A model generated the notes under the pieces. The model did not search any database. It was not told where the DNA came from and was given only the letters and a program-made list of their open reading frames with translations. A DNA stretch of 64,000 nt from Utricularia gibba (lineage: Eukaryota > Plantae > Magnoliophyta), in the NCBI GenBank assembly GCA_002189035.1, contig NEEC01000008.1, positions 1,550,001 to 1,614,000 of the forward strand, in the 5' to 3' direction. The translations under genes were made by a program, and so were the position numbers. Positions 23,519 to 36,725 of this stretch are shown here, one piece after another. Position 1 is the first letter of the stretch, and every line of letters begins with the position of its first letter.

Positions 23519-25549
23519 ATGGCTTCATTGCAAGTATGCCCGGTTTGCCAGGAGTTTTCTTCATCTTCGAATACGACGTTGAACGCTCACATTGATCAAT
23601 GTCTTTCCGTTGAACCAACAACTAAATGTCAAGCAAGTTCAAAACCAGCTAAGCTTCTGACAAAACCAAGAATGAGAATGATGGTTGATATATACAAAGC
23701 ATCCGCCCCGTCTACACCGGAGGATCTTGATGAGAGAAATGGAACAAAGCGGAGGTCGAGCTTGAGATCAATTGTTGACGATTTAGATGATTTTTCTGGG
23801 AAAAATATCAAGGTGCATTCCTCAGTTTATTACAAGGATGCTACTAGTGACAGGAGTGGTGTCTACCTCGATTCCAATGCCGAGAAGCTTCGAACTCTGT
23901 CACGAGTTAGTAATGCGCCATGGAGTACCACATCCAGCGATAGTTCTGATGAAAGTAGTCTCTTGTTAGGGAGGAAACGGAACTATCTAGTGCAGAAACT
24001 CAGAGTTTTTGGTTCCCCTTGTGGCTCTGAGGCACAGGTCAAGTTTGGAAACTTGTTTTTGTGCAGCAACATCAAGCTTCTTTTTCTCTAATTCAATCTT
24101 TCTCTTTTTTACTTGGCAGCTGATAACTTATTTACCTATTGGTTACAGGATGATCTTGTGCAGAATGAACTGATGCAATCTGATGTACTTGGATTTATCA
24201 CGAAGAGGGTCTGTTCGAAGCGAACGGTACGAGGGAAGTTGTCGATCCGAGGCCATGAAACCACAGGCATTAGAGAAGGGGTGGACAGCATGAAAGCTAA
24301 GACTATTTTCCCACACTCTGGTGATCCAAAGAACAACCAACCTGCGGTAGAGGATCATCTTTCTCCTCACTGTAAGCGTGACACTACAAGGCTTTCCAGA
24401 AATCTTTGCTCTTCTAGAGTTACAGAGACGGGCCATAAAGATGTTTCAGTTGACAAAGATGTGTCATCAGTTACCATGCCTAATGTCAAGGTCAGGAAAC
24501 TCCGAGTGAGGAGATGGGTTCCTCTGAACAATAAAGAAAGCATTGTCACTGTGAAGGAATCACACTGTGCTGCAAACCATGATAAGATTTGCAGTCCTGG
24601 GGTTGATGCATCTGGCTTTCTTGGAGAAGTTGGAACAACGTATCAGTTTGCTTGTGAATCTATCAATAAAGCAGCAGCTGAAGAAGCCTCCTCATTCTCC
24701 AGAAAAGCAGTGCATCCTTCTTACATTGTTGAGGAGTACCTGGGACTTCACCCTGAAACCGAGGATTACCTTGAGCCTCACAAGAATTCTTACACAGATG
24801 TGGCTTCAATTATCATACCAGGGCCACCAGGCTGCGACTTGCCTAGTCCTGGCCTTGAGGGCTCCGATGAACTTCAAGCACATTCATCATTAACCACCTA
24901 CAGAATGCAGTCAGATGATGAGCATGAAGGATTGGACATGGATTTCTCGGATTCTGCTAAATCTGCACTACTGTCTCCTGCAGCTGATGGCGACGACTTG
25001 AAGAGCATGCCTACATATCAACCTACAAATCAAGCCGTCTTTCCAAGCACTCTGATTACACCTGCTGAAGTGGTAGCTAGTGCAGGGCAAGAGGCATGTT
25101 TTTATGAGCCGAATTACTTGCAAATCGACCCCAAGCATTGGTATCAGAGTTCAAAACCTCAAGGGAGGAAACAGTCCAAAATATGTGATGATTCAAGTAT
25201 TGAATATTACAGTCTCAGCTCAATATCAAGATCACCTCAGGAGCAGCAGCCTCTTCCAACCTCAAGTGGTTTTGAGTCTCCTCGTTCATCCCCTCCGAAT
25301 CCAATTCTAAGACTGATGGGAAAGAACCTGATGGTTCTGAACAAAGAAGATCAAAGAAACCCTGCCCCGATGTTCAGCCCCATACCCGGATGGCCATCCA
25401 TCATTAAGAAAGTGGAAGCCAATCTACCAAACCAAATGCATCATACACATTGCCACTCTTCTGATGGCTTCTCCATTCCCTTGATAGATGGCCTTGCATC
25501 AGCTATGAATCACTGCAAGTACGTAAATGGAGGCGGTTCCATCCACTGA
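23519..25549 (+). CDS. Hapless-8 (At5g56240)-like protein with C2HC/UBZ-like zinc finger; exons 23519-24037 and 24149-25549
   Basis: SESMASLQVCPVCQEFSSSSNTTLNAHIDQCLS, then RMRMMVDIYKAS...TPEDLDERNGT. A phase-0 intron spans 24038-24148, and the late motif PNPILRLMGKNLMVLNKED is present. Confidence 0.75.
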
Positions 25550-26115
25550 TCCATTCCGACCACGCGGTTTTCTCAACAAAGTGAAGAAGCTATGGCAACG
25601 AATGCTGCACTGAAAACACCAACCTGGTGCTCTGGCAATGGGGTTTGTGCAAAACCTCATTTTTGCCTAGATCTGTAACAAAACCTCATTGTTGTCTACA
25701 CGGCGTCTCCTCAATTCCCAGATGGAAACAGCGGTGTGATCACAGTCCTAAAATCCTGGCTCTTGTCCAAACAGACTCTCAGATCATGGCTCTTGTGTTG
25801 ATGATTTGTGCAACAAAATTCACTTCAGACAGTCCAAATGGTCCTTACCAATCGGGAGTTGTATGTTGGGGGGTCAATGTCTAATTTGGATATAGATTAT
25901 GGGTATTTTAGCTATTTTCTTTATAATAATAGCTCGGAAATACGTATTAAAACATTATTTTTTGAAAATAAAAAAATCGGTTTCATTATCGTTGTAACGT
26001 GCATTAATAAAATTTGTTTTCTACAAAATAAAAAATAGTATATTAATTTGCCGATAATTTTTTTGCTGTTTAAGTCGGCATTCGGTATGGGAGTGGGGCC
26101 CACCACAGAACGGAA

Positions 26116-26123
26116 CACGTGCG
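26116..26123 (+). promoter_or_regulatory. Overlapping G-box and BR-response element upstream of the BES1/BZR1 homolog
   Basis: CACGTGCG contains CACGTG (26116-26121) and CGTGCG (26118-26123), about 255 bp upstream of the ATG. Confidence 0.4.
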
Positions 26124-26375
26124 AGGCCCGCATTTCGGTATGGAAAGAGTTCGTTTATCATTATATTAATATTAATATAAAACCGATTTGGTGGCATTAT
26201 TGTTATTAACTTCAATTCGGGACCCAAACTGTTATTCACGTCTTTTGTAGTTCTGTTTTGTGTTGTTTATCTAATCCCGTCTGGGATTCTTTGCACTGGT
26301 CTTCGTCTAGGAAGTCCGTCGGAGGTATTGTTGCTGTGGAGTTGAGTCAAGTGCGTGGAGGATTTACAGCTGGAG

Positions 26376-28195
26376 ATGACGTCGGGGACAAGGCTGCCAT
26401 CGTGGAAGGAGCGTGAGAACAATAAACGGAGAGAGCGCCGTCGCCGCGCGATCGCTGCGAAGATCTTCGCAGGACTGCGGATGTACGGGAACTACAAGCT
26501 TCCGAAGCATTGCGACAACAATGAGGTTTTGAAAGCGCTCTGCAACGAAGCGGGATGGATCGTCGAGGAAGACGGCACCACGTATCGGAAGGTACGGATT
26601 AGTCGATTCCGTAAACTGTAGCGCCTATGATAGCTTGGTCGAGTTTTTGTTACAGATCTTTCTTTTTTTTTTTGGAAAATCCATCGGATATGAGTACGAG
26701 TTCGATTATCGTGGTGAGTTGAGCTTGCGTGAAAACATTATTTTCGTTGTGGGTGCCTGCTAAATTGCGCCGGAATCGTTTAGATCGTTGGTCGGCTGTC
26801 GTGTGAATGGTGGCCCGGTGGGTAAGCATTGAGAGGTGAAGAGCACACAAGGCGCATGATAGACTCCTGCTGCTTGTTCATTGGGAGATTTTTGTGTTTT
26901 CTTAATCCAATTATTTTACTATAATTAGATAAAGATAGGCAATCTTACGCAAAATTAGCATAGGACAGCTCATGCTGATTGCTTTATTTATATATTTAAG
27001 GCATTCTCACCTGTCACGATGCCACGCGCAATGTGAGAGTTTTGTAGTGCTGAAATAATTGATCTTGGCTGCTGGGTATTTACTGCACGTCGTGTGATCG
27101 ATGATTTTGTGTTTCTAATTTTGAAGAGTTCCCCAAAATTCTAACACTTTTTTCTGTGTAATTCTGTAATCTGACTGGTGGGTAAAGGTGAGGTAAACAG
27201 TGAGTAGAGAACTATGTTTTTGTATGAGATCGTTTCAGTTGCTGTTTTGATGTTCCTTTTGAATCCATTTTCATTTGCCTCTTTCAAATGTTGTAACGTG
27301 ATCAGCTATGGTGCTTTGTTTGTGAGATTGGAGGCTTGTTTGGATTACGCTTTTAAACCTTTTAATGTGTTGCAGGGATGCAAGCCAATGGAAAATACAG
27401 ATTTCAGCGGTGGTTTGGCTGTTGTGAGTCCTGGCTCGTCGTACAGGCTAAGCTCCAAAACATCTTTCAATCCAAGTTCTGCATCATCCTCCTTTGCTAG
27501 TCCTGTTTCATCTCAATACACGACCAATGTAAATTCCTCTGCTGATCCGAATTCTTTAATCCCCTGGTTAAAGAACCTGTCATCAGGCTCTCTGCCTGTC
27601 TCATCTAAGCATCCACATCATCCTTACATTCCAGGAGGTTCTATAAGTGCTCCTGTAACACCCCCATTGAGCCCACCTTCTGCCGGTACACCTCCACTGC
27701 ATGCGAATTGGGATGACCCTACATCTGGTTCTGGCTGGTGCAGTCAACGGTTCCCATTTTTCCCATCTTCTACTCCCCAAAGTCCTGGACTCCAAACCCC
27801 TCAAGATGGGCCTTCTTCTCCTATGTTCAGTCTTGTATCTGCAAACCCGTTTGGTCTACGGGATGCATTGTCAAATGGGGGATCCCGCATGTGGACTCCC
27901 GGACAAAGTGGAACTTGCTCCCCAGCAGTTCCTCCTGGTGCTGACCAAACAAGCGATGTTCCAATGATGGAAGCAGTTGCCCCTGAGTTCGCATTTGGAA
28001 GCAATGCAAAGGGACTAGTGAAACCATGGGAAGGTGAAAGAATACACGATGATGAGTGTGCTCCTGATGACCTCGAGCTTACTCTCGGCAATCCGAGCAC
28101 CAGGTACTAGTTCTCTATGTTTCCTGCATTTTCTGGTTCACCATTCGAATGACTGCAAGCATATAGACTAACCTATCCTCGTGAATCTCAGGTGA
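26376..28195 (+). CDS. BES1/BZR1 homolog transcription factor (BEH3/4-like); exons 26376-26591, 27376-28103 and probably 28192-28195
   Basis: [97 protein letters not shown] and the EAR motif DLELTLG. Confidence 0.96.
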
Positions 28196-28692
28196 ATAGA
28201 TCAATATTGCATCTCCAAAGACGATGAGTTCAGCCTTTGGGCACTCTTGGTGCTGCATACATCAACCCAACCTTCGGAGACCATGTTGCGATTTCATCTG
28301 CGTGAATCAGAGGGGGTAACCACCATTTTCTGCTTTGCTTTGGCCCCTATCTGTGATGTTTCCTCATTACAAGAAATGAAAGATGAAGAAAACCATAGGT
28401 AGACGGGACCCTTTCTTGAAGATTGCCTTGTATTGTGATGCTGTTCTGCATATTCTTTTATTTATTCCCCTTTCCGAGTGCTGTCTTGTCTTCTTCCCAG
28501 ACTGTGATATCATTTGCTTTTTCTCCTGCAGTCGCTGCTCTATTAGTAAGTGATCATGTTTTTATGCCATTACTGATTGACTGCTACAAGGAATCCGACA
28601 TGTTTGATATTACAAGCCTCTTTCAACCGGCGGGGAAACAAAGCCACATTACATAGCATAATCATTCATGTACATATACCGGCGGGCGGCTT

Positions 28693-30255
28693 CTATAGCC
28701 CGGCGAGCGTACGGATATCGAAAGGATGGCTATCCGATGGCTTCTCCGCCCTGTAAGATCTTCTCCCGATGACCACATTCGCCGCCTCCGTGGGATGAAA
28801 CGCATCCCAGAAGATGTACTCGTCCCGATTCTCGCAAGCGTTCTGCAGAGGCAAGCAGGTTATCTGCCCGTTGTTCCTCCCGACTCCACAGCACCCCGCA
28901 TTCGTCACACGAAACCCTAAGGAAAACAATCAGCACCCAAATCAGATCCTCACCTCTTTCCTTCCTACATCGGAATTACGCTCGCGCAGCTCAGCCAGAG
29001 ACGACTACCGTAGGCGGAGGGCTTGTCGATCAGGTCCTGGAAGATGCCGTACGCGTCGATATAGATAAACTTGGCGTCCTGCGTGTTGCCGTTGAGCTCA
29101 TCCACCAGCGCTCGGAGCTTGCCGTTGTACAGCCGGTTGGCGCTGTTGATCCTCTCCACACAGGTTTTCCCGTCGGCGCTGTTCTGGGCCAGCGCGTTTG
29201 GGCTGCACCCGATCTGCCCTATCCCGATGAGGACGAACTTCCTGGCCCCATAGTTGTACAAGCTCTGCGCCGTACAACAACCCAACTCTGCGTCATTTAC
29301 CCAGCCGGGGAAGAATCTTGGGAGTTAAAAGGTAAAAAAGCCTGCGGTCCATCTTTGGCCTTCTTTTCAAAAGAGAAGGAATCTTCAAGCCCTTTTGCCC
29401 CCACAATTTTAATTGTACTTTTATTTACATTTCTTTATAATTAATTAAATAGTACGAAAAATTATAGGTAAAAAAAATTAGGTATCGTACCTTGATTTGC
29501 TCTGTATACTCTCGAATGAGGAGGTCGGTGAACTGCTCTGGCGAGTACTGCGCGCTGGAGGAATAGTAGAGAGGCATAAAGTAGTTGTTGAGGTAATCGT
29601 TGCTGCCGACTCCGACGGAGAAGATGCATTGGCGGAGGTGGTCGGCGGCGGAGGCTTCGTCCCCGAGAATGTTCACCACTTGTTCCACCGCGCTCTTGTA
29701 GTTGTTCACTTGCCCCGCGAAGTCGATTCTCGCTCCCTGCATTTCGAAAACACAAAGGGCTCTAAATTCAACGCCCCCCGGAAATGTATTGCAAGTTCAC
29801 CCTAAAAGTTCTCGGAAACCTATACCAGCTGCATGCCGGTTTCCGATCTGATTCCGGCCGCCGCCGAGGCGAAGTTAACGCCTCTCAGCACGTCCTGCCC
29901 GCTAGCGGAGGCGTACGGTGGAATGACGTCGTCGAAGCCCAGCAGCTCAGCTGCATTTTGATTCAAAACCTTGAGATTCACAGAGATTGCAAAATGAAAC
30001 AGTATGATCTCGTAGCAAGCAATGGTTACCGATGACGTCAACGGAGGTTTTCCCGTTGGAGAATCGGCCGGTCGGCCCCCCTGGATAATCGATCCCGTAA
30101 GGCAGGTAGTTAGCTCTAGCCAACGACTGAATGTCATTGTTGTTGCCATTGTCAACCAAAGAATCCCCGAAGATGAAGTAGCAAGGGACTTGCGGCTCCG
30201 CCATGGCAACCGCCGCCGCCACCACCATAAAAACCACCGCAGCTCCGACCCCCAT
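28693..30255 (-). CDS. Secreted GDSL esterase/lipase (At5g45670/At1g29670-like), 5 exons (30255-30030, 29950-29826, 29736-29491, 29264-29009, 28916-28693)
   Basis: Signal peptide followed by [46 protein letters not shown] and the catalytic block [12 protein letters not shown]. All introns are GT-AG with consistent phases. Confidence 0.97.
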
Positions 30256-33200
30256 GATGCCGATATACTTTCAATGTATCCCCACTGCAAAGACTACAGA
30301 GAAGCAAATGCTTTCTCGTGAAGGCATTGAAGGGAAGGCGCGACACATGTATATAACCATCAAAGACGTGGGGGGTGATCGGATTGACTTTCTGTGCAGT
30401 GCATCCCTGGAAGAGTGACGAGTTGGTTGGCCTGCATTCATTTCACGCGGTGGCATATTTTGTGACTTCCATTTCTTTTCTAGGATAAATTCTACCGTGG
30501 GAAAGCAAACATATCCCCCTCATTCACTGCGGACTCACAGTTCATTTCCTTACGTACCAGGAAAGACACCCTCCCCCTTCGCAGACATTCAGTTCGCCAT
30601 TAATGGAGGGCTTCTCCAAGCCCAGCCGAAGTGATCAGACCGACCATCTGGGCATGAAAAGACTGTTTCCATGTGGGATTACGCAGAACCAGAACAGGAA
30701 AGTGTTGGTGCGAGTATCATTGCATACGTATTTTCTGGTCTGAATTGCGGCTTTTGTGTGGTGTCCCAGTGCAGTCATCAAAACACATGGAGATGGTAAG
30801 AACTTGTGGCTGCGACTCAAAAGGTAGGAGGCAGCTGCGAGTCATTAAATGAGGAGCAATGAATTCATCGGGAATGGGTCAAAATCAGTACTTCCGTTGT
30901 TTTCTTTCTTGAACCCAACTGGCTAATGGAAAATGTCACTGTGGAGTTGAAATATCAGGGAGGCATTCTAACCATGGTTAAAACGCCTAACCACATGAGG
31001 AAGCAAGTAGTTTGATGAAAAATGTTGGCCGTTGCACATGGACTTGTCTGGGACGGCACACCTGCAAATAATGCACTCTCCAAACCATCCATATCTTATA
31101 TGATTCTCATTCCAGAGTTCTTATTCTTATTTTGTTGAATTCCCCTTTTTGTAGCCTCCTCTTCACCCTTTCAAACACAACTACCAAATAATTAATATAG
31201 AAATGGTATTATTGTATGGTAGTTAGAAAAAATGGATATGCTATGATTATGTATGTAAGAAAAACAATCATTTTAAGTATTCCTTTTTTACATTAATGTA
31301 TGGTAGATCAATGTAGGTTGTCTTTTTGTAGTAAAGACAGATTTTATATCAATTTTTTATTTTGTAAAGATAAAATAGTTAAAATATAATTATAAAAATT
31401 GAAGGATATTTATTCTATATTTTTTTTACATATTTAATCGACTAGATATCTACTTATATAAATTAGGTCATTAAATACTTTCTTATATTTATTGATATCT
31501 CATAAATTACATATTTTTTAGTAGTTTGGATAATTAATATTCAACTTGTTTGAAATGTTTATTATTATTTTGATTGCAAATAGTTTAGAATACAACATAT
31601 GAGATGAATTTATAATTATTTATTGTATTTATTATGTAAAAACATGTGACGATTTTCAAATATCATGTTGATTCTATTAGTATCATCGCGCATACTTTCA
31701 AATAATTTCAAAAAAAGCGTAATTTTTTGCATTCGACCAAAGTATGGTAACGCCATTTAAAATCGGCTATCGAGCACACCATAAGCTTTAAGTATCAAGG
31801 AAATGAAATCTTGTTTGTTTCATGTAATCCAATGCCCAATTTTAAAATAATTTATACATAAAATCACATGGTGTTCAATGTTCATGCAGGTTCCCACTTC
31901 CCATATACACTATGGCATGGCGTGATGGGCCGGATGGATATTGGGCCGGCCCAATATTAAACAGAAATGCTGCATGAAGATAGATGGTTAGTTGCGAGGT
32001 GGCAGACAGGTCCTAGTAGTTGACTGTGGGTCAAAGATACCGAGCGTGTGTCTCACGGCCCAAAGGTGTTCGATTTGCTCTTTTTTACCTTTTGATTTCA
32101 GAAAAAGGCAGCACGTGTACATGAGGTCGTAACGTGGACTACGTGGCGCATGCTTATTTGTCCCCATCCCGGCCAGGGGATAGAGCGCATGAGTACGGGT
32201 TTTGATACTCTACGCCGGGCTTCACGTGCTCCTTCTATTGTTAGTTGTACCTTCGTCCAAGGTACAAGTTCCACTGCTTGAAAGCCGACAGATGAATCCG
32301 ATCGGGTGATTGAGATTCCCGAGTATAAAACCGCCAACAACGGGATCCAGAGTCCTTTTACGGAGGGAGCCCCTGTTGTTGATTGGACTTCCTCATCAGG
32401 TATTCCTCGAGGTGCTTTCTTGGGGGAGATCGTGTGTATGTGTCGGTGGATTCTGGGTTTTTGGTTAGTTGTGGATTCGGCTCTAAGTTTGGATGCGACT
32501 CTACTCGTCCTTCGTTTAATGATTGGATCAGTGATCAAGTCTTGATGTTCCGCTCAGTATCTTGGGTTTTCGGGTTTAGGGATGTTAGCGGTTAACCTTC
32601 GCCTAGTTTTCCTAATTTCTTCATAGGATACGGTTTGTTTTTAGTTTTCTTTTGACTTGAGTTGACTTGTTTTTCAGATTAGTTCAGATTTTTCCTTTTC
32701 GCCTTCAAATTGGAATTGGCGGATTGAATTGTTCCTGAAGGGACTCATCAGTTCGGCACGCCCGGATTTCTTAAGGAATTTTAGGTATTTTTGTAAAAAA
32801 AGTTCTCGTAATTTGGGGGTTTTCTTTGGTGCTCATGTATTTTGAGATGGATTTATTATCCCCGGTGATTGATGCATTAGGACTTTAGGCCTCAAGGCGT
32901 AACTGGGTTTTGTGTTCTCTTACTTCGAGGAACTGCAGCCACCGTTTCACGTGGCGCACTTTGTTGTTGGATCTATAATATGCATTTTTTTTATATGAAG
33001 ATAGGAAATTTAGTTTCCCTTCAGTGCCCTTTGGGTCCTCTTTTGTGCGACAAAACGTTGTAGAAGTTACTTTTTCCTCCATGTATCTTGTGTGAAGTGT
33101 GCTGCCCTTACCTTATATCATGTTCATACATGATAGCGAGATAGGAAACTTTTTTTTTCAATAAAAGATGGAAAGATTTTTAACATATCCTGCGACTGAG

Positions 33201-33417
33201 TTGATGTTGTCCTATGTATGTCTTTTGCACTTGTGTGACGCCATCTATGTATATTTCGAATGATTTATTTTGTGTTTCTTCTGAGCGACGACCTTCTGTT
33301 TGTATTTTCATTGCTTTGATTAACATTACTGGTTTCATTCTTGTTTGGCAGTTTGAAATTTTCATGTGCTTCCTCTCTCACTGATGATCGTGATAAAGCA
33401 TTGGCTCTTTGGATCAA

Positions 33418-35687
33418 ATGCCCTCAGTAAAAATGGGAAGAAATTCAACTTCTGGCTGCACAAAGGAAAAACGTGGCCTCCAAGTATGTCAAAAATCAAT
33501 TTTGATATCCAAGAATGTTCCACATAATGCCAGGGTATATCAAATGGTGGAAGAAATTTTCAATAGTAACCCCTGTAATAAGGATGGTATGCTCTGCTTA
33601 ACCTTAGATCAGATTCCTCAAAGTGTGTTTTTCTTCCACCCTCAGCTCATCTTCATCTTCAGGTAAAGCAAATTCTGTACACTTGGAGGAAAGTTGGAGC
33701 ATAACTGACCATGATGTAGTATCTCGTGAGGAAGTTTCCTTAGAGCAACTCTATACTTTGACAGACACCGTAGCTGACAATTTGGTATGCCATTACAAGT
33801 GCCCTCTGTGATCTCCTTACCATTCGTGACCAGTCTTTTTTTGTTTGATTATTTTTCCATGTGAAGCCAATCATGTTGTTATGACTTGTTTTTGTTATTT
33901 GTAGCTTTTAATACATTGAGGGAGTTTTTTCTCACAAAAGAAATTTGTCTGTGTTCTCTTATTTGGTACTTCTATCATAATTTGCAGGAACCTGCATCTT
34001 CTACGTGCTCATCAGACATTGGGACAATTTTTTCTCCTGTTCTGGAATCAGTTGATTTCTTGCGGAATGCAGGTACGCACTATCTGATTTTCTTCTAATT
34101 TATCTGGTAAATATATATTCAAACCATCTGAATTGCAAATTGAATTGGTTTTTAGTCTATTTGTTCTTTTTCTTTTAATCTCCATTGCTTATCGTCTTGC
34201 AAGAAAAGCGCATGTAATCACTATTCCCATGCTTTTATTTGAAGGATTGTGCGTCTGGATCCTCCAAATGATTTTCCATTAAGCTATGCTCCTCTTGATA
34301 CAGGAAATGATGTGATGTATGCGGCAGAGTCGGAAACAGAGGAAAGTCAAGATAGTGCCCGAAGTTCCTGTGAAATGCAAGCATTCAGTGTATCAGATTT
34401 CTGTATCTCTGACGTAACATTTTCTGGGCCACTTTCACTATCCGATCATCACACGGATGCTGCATTCCAATCTGACTATGATTGTGAAGAGTCTAGCTTA
34501 ATTTGTGCCTTGAAGCAGGATTACATGGTATTGCCATTTCTGGAAGACGTGTTAGATCCTGAAAGTGATTCTGCTGCCAGACAATCGGGAGCAACCTTTA
34601 TAGATGCTGAGAACTCCAGCTTATTCCTGGAAAATCAAATAGGACCATACAATCAGGATTCGAATGTAAATGTTTACCACAACCTTGATCATGATTTGTT
34701 TGATACACAAATGTATATAAAGATGCAGCCTGACCAGCATGATTTGACAAGCACCATGTTGCCCAATCCTGCGCTGAATGAAAAGCTGGATGTCAAAAGG
34801 ATAACTTTAGTACTTGATTTAGATGGTAAGCATCTTGTGCTTGTATTCCTGTCCACTGTGTTTACTGTCTTTTCCTTGATCACTATCTATACATTGATTT
34901 TAGCTTCTTTAGACTGCCGTCAAGCAGTTTTCGATGCTAGCAGTATGTGCTGTCCCATCGCTGTGTTTTTTTAGAAGTTTGGCCTTGTCATTGATGTGTG
35001 ATGGTTTACAGTATTTTCAAGACACTTGTAATTTTGATACGTTCTTGACTGTATGACTAGCATCTCTTTACCGGTGTTTTTCGTGTTGATGTCTGCAGAA
35101 ACTCTTGTGCACTCTACCTTGGACACTGGTACTGATGCTGACTTCAAGTTTACAGTGTTCTTCAACGAGAAGGAACATGTGGTTTATGTGAAACAACGAC
35201 CACATCTCCAAACCTTTCTCAAAAGAGTGTCTGAGATGTTCGAAATTGTGGTGTTCACGGCTAGTCAGAGCATCTACGCTAAACAAATTCTTGATGCATT
35301 GGATCCAGATGGCATGATTATCTCAAGACGTGCTTATCGAGACTCGTGTATCTTTTCTGAAGGCACCTACATGAAAGACCTGACCATATTCGGTGTGGAC
35401 TTGGCCAAAGTTGCCATAGTTGATAATTCTCCACAGGTATCTTTCTTTCTTACTAGAAACAACAAGGCCTCAGGGTTCCGTTTTCCTCTGTCACTCAGTT
35501 CCACGCATTATTCTTTTGATTTCAGGTTTTCAGACTGCAAGTCAACAATGGCATTCCTATTAAGAGCTGGTTCGACGACCCATCGGACTGCGCCCTGATT
35601 TCACTGCTGCCTTTCTTGGAGTCCTTGGTCAATGCCGATGATGTACGGCCCCTCATTGCCAAGAAATTTGGTAACAATGAGCAATAA
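33418..35687 (+). CDS. CTD small phosphatase-like (SCP1-like/CTDSPL2, HAD family), 6 coding exons
   Basis: Starts MPSVKMG...LQVCQKS and contains TIFSP. The catalytic TLVLDLD|ETLVHST is split by an intron. Also has VKQRPHL, VFTASQSIYA, AYRDSC and LQVNNGIPIKSWFDD, with the stop at 35685-35687. The long leader from about 32350 contains intron(s). Confidence 0.93.
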
Positions 35688-36725
35688 GCCTGCTCCTTGT
35701 ACCCTCTAGTCAACACTCTCCATTCCTCCTCCTCCGCTTTATGTGCTTGCAAATTCTTCTTGATATGCTTCTTCTTCTTCTACTCCCTCCTCCCTCCCTG
35801 ATGAGTCAACCCAACACCCTCCTATTGTCTCATTCTCGAGAGTATTCCCATTTTAGGCTATTAACAGGTGCTTGTCCCCACGAGGTAAATTTTGTTTGCT
35901 TTATAACGTTATAGTTTTACCAGGACCCTCTCTGTGTGTCTGTACATAAGTTGGTGATCGATGTATGGAGAAGAACCATTGATTTGATAAATTCCATATT
36001 AGTTTTAAATACTCCTTATTTTCATGGGCCTGGACTTTTTCTGGGCCTAGCGTCAGACCCGTCTGCCCAGGCCTGTGCTCACCCAACATTAGTCCTTTCA
36101 AGGCAACGTATAGTAAGCCCAATCATGTTATAACTCATGTTCTTTTTATACAATATCATTGGTTTCAAATATTTAATTTTTATGATTTTATGTTTTATTT
36201 TTTTGAATAAAATTTTGTTATGATTCCTCTATTTAAATTTGTTTTTTTATGCATTCTTAACTAATGTGATATATTGTCAACAATTACTTGATATTACGCA
36301 ATCTGGGCTTATGTCATTCCATCAGCAAATTTCAGATATAAATTTTGTAGAATTTTAAAAGAAGCTGCTGTTCCTTGGATTATGAGGATTAAGAATGTGT
36401 TTTTCCTAAATGTATTTATTTATTTCATTATGGAGTTTAAAATGATGTAAAAAGGGATGACCAGTTCTCCAAATATAGCCTAGTGGGTCGTCTCGCTTTC
36501 GCCCCATGAAAAAAAAAGAGGGAGGCGAAGATCCAAGTAGGCCGGCCACCCTCGTGATCGTGAAGTGTGGATTCCGAAGAACGAGGGAGAAGCGGAGCTT
36601 TTCTTTATAACCGCTGTAAACCTCTTGGCTTTTTTTCGCGTATTTCGAAGAAAATGTATCCATTCTAGTCTACACTCCCAGCAGTGTTTGGTACCTCCCG
36701 CCCTACGTGACACGCACAATCCTCT

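Noticed and set aside
32098-32595. 146-aa minus ORF and short plus ORFs
   Set aside because: These coincide with the promoter and pyrimidine-rich 5' leader of the CTD phosphatase gene and have no protein-like features.
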